A stretch of DNA of 64,000 bases, taken from contig JBBRBB010000008.1 of NCBI GenBank assembly GCA_038206235.1, positions 36,304 through 100,303 of the forward strand, read 5' to 3'. Both the position numbers and the translations under genes were made by a program. The DNA comes from Chitinophagales bacterium. Lineage in GTDB: Bacteria > Bacteroidota > Bacteroidia > Chitinophagales > Chitinophagaceae. Below the pieces are notes generated by a model. That model was not told the DNA's origin. It saw only the letters and a program-made list of their open reading frames with translations, and ran no database searches. Each line of letters starts with the position of its first letter. Positions within the stretch are counted from its first letter, which is position 1. This document shows, piece after piece, positions 57,221-64,000 of the stretch.

Positions 57221-57505
57221 ATGAAACCTTTTGAATATAGCAACGCTTCTGAAATGGTTATTAATGAAACCGGCAGCCTGCGGGAATTTTACCGGCTTAC
57301 CAATGAATTAAGCAAAGACAGGCATGTGCGTTTTATTGGCAAGCATGATGATGCCTATAATATTGAATGGTATTTTAAATACCGCGGCAACCAGCTTGCT
57401 TTGCAGTACAGTATTTTTAATGGCGTTACTTTGCTTCTTCAAAGCGGTAAAGATTTTAAAGCCGCAAACAAGCTTGCAGTAAAGCTTAAAACCACCCACA
57501 CCTAA
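57221..57505 (+). CDS. Hypothetical protein
   Basis: 94-aa ORF. Its 3' end overlaps the rsgA 3' end by 4 nt (convergent). Confidence 0.45.
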   Translation: MKPFEYSNASEMVINETGSLREFYRLTNELSKDRHVRFIGKHDDAYNIEWYFKYRGNQLALQYSIFNGVTLLLQSGKDFKAANKLAVKLKTTHT

Positions 57506-58428
57506 TAATCGCTATCAGTCATGGTATTAAGAATGTTACAATAGCTTATGTAGCGTTGCTCAGAAATTTTACCATTCTCTGCGGCTTCACTCACTGCACA
57601 GCCCGGCTCATTTACATGTAAACAATTATTAAAGCGGCACTGTTGAATTAATTGCCGCATTTCAGGAAAATAATGCGATAGTTCCTGGCGGGTAATACCT
57701 GTAATGCCAAATTCTTTTATCCCGGGAGTATCAATAATGCTGCCGCCAAAAGGCATGGCAAACATTTCTGCAAATGTGGTAGTATGTACTCCTTTACCGC
57801 TCCAGTTACTAACTTCACGAATGGCCAAATTGCTTTCGGGAAGTATTAAATTTATAAAAGTGGATTTTCCTACACCACTATGCCCCGCAAGCAGTGTAGT
57901 CTTATTTTTTAAAATATCCTTTAATTCGTTTAGCCCTTCCTTTGTATCCATGCTTGTTAGAAAAACTTTATAGCCAATGTTTGAATATATGGTTTTAAGT
58001 ACTTGATATTTGTCAAGCTCTTTTTTTTTATAGACATCAGCCTTATTAAATATAATGACTGCGGGAATATGATAGGCTTCGGCGCAAACCAGGAAACGGT
58101 CAATAAATCCATGGGAGGTTCGCGGCTCCTTTAATGTTGCAAATAATAAAACCTGGTCAAGGTTACTCGCTACAATATGCTGTTGTTTTTTATGATGTGG
58201 GGAACGGCGGGCTATATAATTTCTTCTTTCAGAAATTCCGGTGATAATGCCTGTACCTGTTGTTTCATTTTCTAACTCAAACTCAACTTCATCGCCTACT
58301 GCAATGGGATTGGTTGAAGTAATATCGTCAATCTTAAATATTCCTTTTATGCGGGTATTTAAAAAATTACCTGTTTCCGTTTTTAATAGATACCAGCTTC
58401 CGGTTGATTTATAAACAATGCCTCTCAT
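57502..58428 (-). CDS. rsgA: Ribosome small-subunit-dependent GTPase A
   Basis: Circularly permuted GTPase motifs (NKADV, GHSGVGKST, DTPG). C-terminal Zn cluster C..C.H...C. Confidence 0.93.
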   Translation of the reverse strand: MRGIVYKSTGSWYLLKTETGNFLNTRIKGIFKIDDITSTNPIAVGDEVEFELENETTGTGIITGISERRNYIARRSPHHKKQQHIVASNLDQVLLFATLKEPRTSHGFIDRFLVCAEAYHIPAVIIFNKADVYKKKELDKYQVLKTIYSNIGYKVFLTSMDTKEGLNELKDILKNKTTLLAGHSGVGKSTFINLILPESNLAIREVSNWSGKGVHTTTFAEMFAMPFGGSIIDTPGIKEFGITGITRQELSHYFPEMRQLIQQCRFNNCLHVNEPGCAVSEAAENGKISEQRYISYCNILNTMTDSDY

Positions 58429-58454
58429 TTAAAAACGAAGATGTATTTCATTAG

Positions 58455-59024
58455 TTAAGAATTCTGACTGTACACATCTTCAACTTTAAAAGAAATATTA
58501 AGTGCAGTAAGCTGAATAATATCTTCGGGTTTAGCGAATGTGCTTAACTCCCAATCGTTGTGTTCTGCACGACTAAATACACTTATAAGAGTAAATTCAG
58601 GTTCAACCAATAAGTAATATTGAAGTGAATCAAATTTTTGGTAGTTGATAAATTTATCTACGGTATCATATTTACGGGTGCCCTCTGAAAGGACTTCAAT
58701 AATTAATTCCGGTTTATGTTTTACAAATTCAACCCCGGCAGATAAGGGTTCCCGAGTTATAAAAATATCGGGATAAAAATATTTTGCTTCTGATGGAACT
58801 TTTGCTTTAACGCCCTCCATAAAAACAAAATAATTTTTGTTGCGAAGTAATGTTCGTAATAAGACAAGCAAATTTGCTGCAATAAAATTGTTAAGATCAG
58901 ATTCTCCGGGCATATCAATAAGTTTACCGTTTACATATTCATGTCTTATTTCTGATTGCTGTTCAAACAATATATATTCTTCTTCACTCATTATATGTTC
59001 TCTTGTTATCAGTGGCATCTGCAA
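58455..59024 (-). CDS. Uma2-family (DUF820) endonuclease, second copy
   Basis: About 40-45% identity by eye to 23838..24395 (EIRHEYVNG, YFYPDIFIT, PELIIEVLSE). Confidence 0.85.
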   Translation of the reverse strand: MQMPLITREHIMSEEEYILFEQQSEIRHEYVNGKLIDMPGESDLNNFIAANLLVLLRTLLRNKNYFVFMEGVKAKVPSEAKYFYPDIFITREPLSAGVEFVKHKPELIIEVLSEGTRKYDTVDKFINYQKFDSLQYYLLVEPEFTLISVFSRAEHNDWELSTFAKPEDIIQLTALNISFKVEDVYSQNS

Positions 59025-59047
59025 AATTTTGTTCTAAGGTACAAAAT

Positions 59048-59108
59048 AAACCTCACAGGTCTTAAAGTTCAAACTAACCCTCACAGGTCTTTAAGACCTG
59101 TGAGGTTT
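59048..59108. repeat. REP-like palindrome type 2 with a partial duplication
   Basis: aaacctcacaggtcttaaag + ttcaaactaa + ccctcacaggtctttaagacctgtgaggttt. Confidence 0.7.
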
Positions 59109-59120
59109 GAAGATACTCCT

Positions 59121-59168
59121 CAACCTTTCAACTTTTCAACCTTTCAACTTTTCAACCTTTCAACATTG
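59121..59168. repeat. Octamer tandem array (CAACYTTT, 6 units) upstream of uvrD
   Basis: caaccttt caactttt caaccttt caactttt caaccttt caacattg. Confidence 0.85.
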
Positions 59169-59180
59169 TAACTTGCGTTT

Positions 59181-61505
59181 ATGATTGATTATTTGAGCGG
59201 ATTGAATGAACCCCAGCGTGAAGCAGTTACTTATATCACCGGTCCATTAATGATTGTGGCAGGTGCAGGCAGCGGTAAAACACGTGTGCTTACTACACGC
59301 ATTGCCCACCTGATGGCGAATGGTGTGGATGCTTTTAATATTCTTGCACTCACTTTTACCAACAAGGCTGCCGCAGAGATGAAGGAGCGGGTAGAAAAAA
59401 TTCTTGGCAACACCGAAGCAAGGAATCTTTACATCGGCACTTTTCACAGCGTATTTGCACGCATTCTTCGTGCAGAGGCGCGTCACATTGGTTATCCAAA
59501 CAACTTCACTATTTATGATACGGATGACAGCCGCTCTGTGTTGAAAACAGTTATCAACGAATTGAATCTTGATGATAAGCACTACAAGCCAAGCATAGTG
59601 CACAACCGCATTTCCGCAGCAAAGAATGCATTGGTAGGTCCAGCTGAATATGCAAATGATTCCTATATTCAGCAGGAAGATATACGTTCCAATCGCCCCG
59701 CTATTGCGCAGATATACCATGCATATTCAGCAAGATGCTTTAAGAATGGCGCCATGGATTTTGATGATTTGCTGTTGAAGATGTATGAATTATTGCGGGA
59801 CTTTCCAGAAGTGCTTCACAAGTATCAGCATAAGTTCAAATATATTTTGATTGATGAGTATCAGGATACAAATCCTGTGCAATATCAAATCACAAAACTG
59901 CTTGCTGCTGTGAATGAAAACATTTGTGTAGTGGGAGATGATGCGCAAAGCATCTATAGTTTTCGCGGCGCAACGATTGAAAACATTTTGCAGTTTCAAA
60001 AAGATTATGATGATGTAAAAATTATCAAGCTGGAACAAAACTATCGCAGCACACAAAATATTTTAACCGCTGCAAACGAAGTAATAAAAAATAATAAAGG
60101 TCAAATACCCAAAGTTCTCTGGACAAATAATGACACAGGTGAAAGAATAAAAGTTATACGAACAAACAGTGATAATGACGAAGGGAAATTTATGGCAGAT
60201 TCTATTCAGGAACAAAAGCTGCGCAATCATTATCTCAATAAAGAGTTTGCTATTCTTTATCGCACCAATGCACAGAGCCGTGCCTTTGAAGAGAGTCTTC
60301 GCCGCATGGGAATTCCTTACAGAATCTTCGGAGGCATCAGTTTTTACCAGCGCAAAGAAATAAAAGATGTGCTTGCCTATTTAAGATTGATTGTAAATAC
60401 AAAAGATGAAGAGGCGCTGAAACGCATCATCAATTTTCCTGCAAGAGGAATTGGTAAAACAACGATAGAGAAAACTGTTATCATAGCGAATGAGCAAAAC
60501 ATAAGCATGTTTGAAGTGCTTATAAGAGCAGCAGAGTTTGGCTTTAAGGCCGGCACATTGGAAAGCCTGCAAAATTTTGTAACAATGATTCGTTACTTCC
60601 AGAGCTTGATGAAAGAAAAGAATGCTTATGAAATTGCAACGCAGGTAGGCAAGCATACCAATTTGATAAAAGAATTGTTTAATGATAAAACTACTGAAGG
60701 TCTTGCACGATATGAAAACATACAGGAGTTATTAAACTCAATTAAAGAGTGGACTGAAAGTCCTGCAAACGAAGAAGGAGAATTGGGTGATAAAAGTCTT
60801 GGGGGTTATTTGCAGCAAATAACTTTACTTACTGATGCGGATGAACAAAAAGGCGATGCAGATGTTGTAAAGCTGATGACAATACATTCTGCAAAAGGAT
60901 TAGAGTTTGCCTGTGTATTCGTTGGGGGACTGGAAGAGACATTATTTCCGAATGCACTCTCAATTAACACAAGAGAAGAATTGGAAGAAGAGCGCCGTTT
61001 ATTTTATGTTGCTGTTACAAGAGCCAAACACAGGTTGTGGCTCACTTATGCAAATAACCGCTACCGTTTTGGAAATTTAATAAAGAATGAACCAAGTCGT
61101 TTTTTGCAAGAGTTACCCGAAAATTTTTTAGATAAAAGTTTTGCGGGCAGAAGCCATACAGGCGAGTCTGTTGGTTTGGGTTCAGCCTTTGAAAGAATGC
61201 GAAAGGGTTTTGGATATGGGGACAATTCCAATGAAGAATCGTTATCTCAAACAAATAAACCCTCTTATCTCTCTGCAATATCATCTTTACCAAAAGTTGC
61301 AGAGCATATTGCAAGCAAAGATTTTGCAGCAAGCGATACCCGTAATTTGCAGCAAGGCCAACGGATAGAGCATCAGAAATTCGGTTTTGGTAAGGTAAGT
61401 AAAATAGAAGGCGGAGCACATAATCCTGTTGCTACAATTGTGTTTGAACATAATGGAGAAAAAAAAATCATGTTGAATTATGCGAAGCTGAGGATAGTGG
61501 AGTAA
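59181..61505 (+). CDS. uvrD: ATP-dependent DNA helicase (UvrD/PcrA family)
   Basis: SF1 motifs AGAGSGKTRVLT, LIDEYQDTN, VGDDAQSIYSFRGA, TIHSAKGLEF and YVAVTRAK. Confidence 0.93.
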   Translation: MIDYLSGLNEPQREAVTYITGPLMIVAGAGSGKTRVLTTRIAHLMANGVDAFNILALTFTNKAAAEMKERVEKILGNTEARNLYIGTFHSVFARILRAEARHIGYPNNFTIYDTDDSRSVLKTVINELNLDDKHYKPSIVHNRISAAKNALVGPAEYANDSYIQQEDIRSNRPAIAQIYHAYSARCFKNGAMDFDDLLLKMYELLRDFPEVLHKYQHKFKYILIDEYQDTNPVQYQITKLLAAVNENICVVGDDAQSIYSFRGATIENILQFQKDYDDVKIIKLEQNYRSTQNILTAANEVIKNNKGQIPKVLWTNNDTGERIKVIRTNSDNDEGKFMADSIQEQKLRNHYLNKEFAILYRTNAQSRAFEESLRRMGIPYRIFGGISFYQRKEIKDVLAYLRLIVNTKDEEALKRIINFPARGIGKTTIEKTVIIANEQNISMFEVLIRAAEFGFKAGTLESLQNFVTMIRYFQSLMKEKNAYEIATQVGKHTNLIKELFNDKTTEGLARYENIQELLNSIKEWTESPANEEGELGDKSLGGYLQQITLLTDADEQKGDADVVKLMTIHSAKGLEFACVFVGGLEETLFPNALSINTREELEEERRLFYVAVTRAKHRLWLTYANNRYRFGNLIKNEPSRFLQELPENFLDKSFAGRSHTGESVGLGSAFERMRKGFGYGDNSNEESLSQTNKPSYLSAISSLPKVAEHIASKDFAASDTRNLQQGQRIEHQKFGFGKVSKIEGGAHNPVATIVFEHNGEKKIMLNYAKLRIVE

Positions 61506-61533
61506 CGTTTATCGTTTTTCGTTTATCGTTTAT
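61506..61533. repeat. Heptamer tandem array (CGTTTAT) starting at the first nt after the uvrD stop
   Basis: cgtttat cgttttt cgtttat cgtttat. Confidence 0.85.
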
Positions 61534-61708
61534 TGGCATATTTAGCCTCTAACTCTTCTGCGGTAAATGTTACAAATTCTCCTCTTCCTGTTAGCCTCTG
61601 ATGACAATAAATACGTTGTCTTGCTTCTCATTCCCTTCATCAACTTATCAATCTTAATCTTTTCAATATTACATTTGTAAAACTTCTTACTTTAAATAAA
61701 AAGCTTTC

Positions 61709-62440
61709 ATGTCAGTTGATAAAGTTTTCGATGAAGAAATAAAAAAAGCATCTGACTTTAAATTTGGAACCACGGTTGCAAATGTGTTTGATGATATGGT
61801 CAACCGCTCTGTTCCTTTCTACGGTGAAATTCAAAGAATGATTGCAGAACTGGCTGCTGATTATGCACAACCTGATACTGAAATCTACGACCTTGGCTGC
61901 TCCACCGGTACAACTATGATTGGGATGAACATACTGGTTGATGAAAACATTGCATTTACCGGCATTGATGATTCTCCTGAAATGCTGGAGAAATGTAAAA
62001 ACAAATTAAGTGAAGTTGGGTTCAAACGTAAATATCAATTACGCGTTGCGGATTTAAACAACGGAGTGGAAATGAGCAATGCTTCCGTTGCTGTGCTCTG
62101 CCTTACGCTGCAGTTCATCCGTCCTATCTACCGTGAAAAATTATTGAGAAATATTTATGAAGGTCTTGTACCCGGCGGTGGCTTAATATTAGTAGAAAAA
62201 ATTCTTGCAGAAGACAATCGTTTCAACAGAGAATTCATTAACCATTATTATAACTACAAGCGCAGGAATAATTACAGTGAAATGGAAATTTCTCAAAAAA
62301 GAGAAGCACTGGAAAATGTGCTTATTCCTTACAAGCTTAGCGAGAACATCACTATACTCCGCGATACGGGCTTCGACCATGTGGAAGTTTTTTTTAAATG
62401 GTACAACTTTGCAGCATTAATGGCAATAAAAAAACAATAA
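61709..62440 (+). CDS. cmoA: Carboxy-S-adenosyl-L-methionine synthase
   Basis: Collinear with E. coli CmoA as I recall it: FDDMV.RSVP.Y, YDLGCS.G, L.LQF, and YSE(M/L)EISQKR..LENV. Confidence 0.9.
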   Translation: MSVDKVFDEEIKKASDFKFGTTVANVFDDMVNRSVPFYGEIQRMIAELAADYAQPDTEIYDLGCSTGTTMIGMNILVDENIAFTGIDDSPEMLEKCKNKLSEVGFKRKYQLRVADLNNGVEMSNASVAVLCLTLQFIRPIYREKLLRNIYEGLVPGGGLILVEKILAEDNRFNREFINHYYNYKRRNNYSEMEISQKREALENVLIPYKLSENITILRDTGFDHVEVFFKWYNFAALMAIKKQ

Positions 62441-63162
62441 TGGTACAAATTGGAAATTTCTTTTTCAAATACCGCAACTGGATTTTTATTCTCTTTTACC
62501 TCGCACTTTTTATTCCCTCGCCGCCACTATTTTCTCGAAGACATTTTAGTAACAACTATTATTTGTGGCCGATAATAATCGGCATAATCATAACTATCTC
62601 AGGTCAGTTGATTCGTGGCGCAACGATTGGACTTGCATACATTGTGCGTGGCGGCAAAGGAGGAAAGCCTTATGCAGAAGGGCTTGTAACAGAGGGCATT
62701 TTTAATCACTGCCGCAACCCACTGTATGTGGGTAATATTTTAATGCTGTTTGGAATAGGTATTTTATCTAACTCACTTTTTTACGTGGCGGTTATGATAC
62801 CTGTATTTTTATTCATCTACCAGGCTATCGTACTTGCTGAAGAAAATTTTCTGCGCGATAAATTCGGCGCATCATTCAATGAATATTGTGCAAGAGTAAA
62901 TCGCTGGATTCCCAATTTCAGCGGCATTGGAAAAACTTTCAGCGGCATGGAGTTTCGCTGGAAGAGATGGATACTGAAAGAGCATACCACGCAATTCATC
63001 TGGCTTGCAGGCATCATACTCATCCTGTTTTTAAAATATCCGCAGCTATCAAATTACAACATAGCGCAACGCAATAAAATTTTAATCATACTCTTATCAG
63101 CATTGGTATTAGTATATGCGCTGGTAAGATATTTAAAGAAGAGCGGCAAGATGGTGGAATAA
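62440..63162 (+). CDS. ICMT/PEMT-family membrane methyltransferase
   Basis: Multi-TM protein with LVTEGIFNHCRNPLYVGN (ICMT signature). Its start ATG overlaps the cmoA TAA (TAATG). Confidence 0.8.
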   Translation: MVQIGNFFFKYRNWIFILFYLALFIPSPPLFSRRHFSNNYYLWPIIIGIIITISGQLIRGATIGLAYIVRGGKGGKPYAEGLVTEGIFNHCRNPLYVGNILMLFGIGILSNSLFYVAVMIPVFLFIYQAIVLAEENFLRDKFGASFNEYCARVNRWIPNFSGIGKTFSGMEFRWKRWILKEHTTQFIWLAGIILILFLKYPQLSNYNIAQRNKILIILLSALVLVYALVRYLKKSGKMVE

Positions 63163-63190
63163 CGTTTAGCGTTTAGTGTTTCTCGTCAGT
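63163..63190. repeat. Heptamer tandem array (CGTTTAG/CGTTTAT family) starting at the first nt after the stop
   Basis: cgtttag cgtttag tgtttct cgtcagt. Confidence 0.7.
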
Positions 63191-63367
63191 TTCTGATTCC
63201 CCCCTTTCGAGTGCTGATTGAAGGGAGTGAGACCTAACAGTCAATTAGCTCACAGTAACTGGCAACTCACCACTCATGATCTCCAATTTTTCCGACTCCT
63301 GAAAGCTGGTATCTGAAAGCTGATACCTCCGATCTTTTCGTTATTTTTGCAGTTCAAATTATTTTGT

Positions 63368-63970
63368 ATGATTAAAACAGGTAATCCGGTCATCAGCATA
63401 TACACAGAAATGACTCCCAATCCTGAGACCATGAAGTTTGTAGCAAACAAACTTTTGTATCCTGGCAAGAGCATAGATTTTCAGGATGAATCTCAGGCAG
63501 ACCCATCGCCGCTTGCTAAAGAACTATTCAGCTTTCCCTTTATAAAAAGTGTATTTATTGCAAGCAATTTTGTAACACTTACAAAAACGCCCGATACGGA
63601 AGACTGGTACGAGGTTATACCTTCTGTAAAGCAATTTCTAAAAGAGTATCTTGAAAATGGCGAACCGATAATTAATGAAGAAGAAGTAGCAAAAACAAAA
63701 CAGGATACCGGCAATATTGTTTTGAGTGAAGACCCGGATGTGGTAAAGCGCATTAAAGAACTGCTCGATAATTATGTAAAGCCTGCAGTGGAAATGGATG
63801 GCGGTGCCATACAATTCAAGAGTTATGATGATGATGGCGTTTTAACCTTAATGTTGCAGGGAAGCTGCAGTGGCTGCCCCTCATCAATGATTACCTTAAA
63901 AGCAGGAATTGAAGGAATGATGAAACGCATGATACCAGAAGTAAAAGAAGTAGTGGCGGAGGCAGAGTGA
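63368..63970 (+). CDS. Nfu/NifU-like Fe-S cluster assembly protein (Nfu_N + NifU C-terminal domain)
   Basis: N-terminus IYTEMTPNPETMKF and C-terminus LQGSCSGCPSS. The start is taken at ATG 63368. Confidence 0.88.
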   Translation: MIKTGNPVISIYTEMTPNPETMKFVANKLLYPGKSIDFQDESQADPSPLAKELFSFPFIKSVFIASNFVTLTKTPDTEDWYEVIPSVKQFLKEYLENGEPIINEEEVAKTKQDTGNIVLSEDPDVVKRIKELLDNYVKPAVEMDGGAIQFKSYDDDGVLTLMLQGSCSGCPSSMITLKAGIEGMMKRMIPEVKEVVAEAE

Positions 63971-64000
63971 AGTTGCAGGAGTTGAATGGTTGAATGGTTA
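63971..64000. repeat. Octamer array (GTTGAATG) starting right after the stop; runs off the window
   Basis: agttgcag gagttgaatg gttgaatg gtta. Confidence 0.7.

Noticed and set aside
61534-61625. A minus-strand reading ..RIYCHQRLTGRGEFVTFTAEELEAKYANKR* lies downstream of uvrD and could be a gene remnant, for example of a toxin/antitoxin.
   Set aside because: There is no start codon, the stretch is very short, and I recognise no motif. Support is insufficient.
7024-64000. I considered whether the tandem arrays could be a CRISPR array or arrays.
   Set aside because: The units are 7-8 nt with no spacers, the arrays total 28-84 nt, and no cas genes are present. This is incompatible with CRISPR.

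Overview
This is a 64-kb chromosomal window from an AT-rich Bacteroidota genome. The assignment rests on several proteins ending in T9SS-type C-terminal sorting domains, on lipoprotein and SPI signal peptides, and on GSCFA, delta-60-repeat, Uma2 and DinB families; finer taxonomy cannot be determined by eye. I recognised no rRNA, tRNA, CRISPR array, transposase or phage gene. About 45 CDS are credible. The housekeeping set is rpmI-rplT, dnaG, an EF-G paralog, proS, etfB/etfA, xerD, rsgA, uvrD/pcrA, cmoA, an Nfu-type Fe-S protein, ggt, HMG-CoA lyase and a PLP decarboxylase. Accessory content is interleaved with it: four paralogs of an unassigned clan-GH-A-like (beta/alpha)8 protein; a GH13 amylase; a sulfatase-family protein lacking the formylglycine position; a decayed sigma70-r2/TPR/CHAT gene plus a second CHAT remnant; a compact type II R-M pair next to an orphan T9SS-CTD fragment; and two Uma2 nucleases. 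The most unusual signal is non-coding. At least 15 short tandem arrays with 7- or 8-nt periodicity sit exactly at gene boundaries. Some supply the last codons and the stop codon of unrelated genes, and one 84-nt array lies in frame inside an SDR gene. There are also hairpin-rich ~260-280-bp inverted-repeat elements flanking the M14 peptidase gene, and two families of REP-like palindromes. All calls are by-eye motif recognition; no database search was run.
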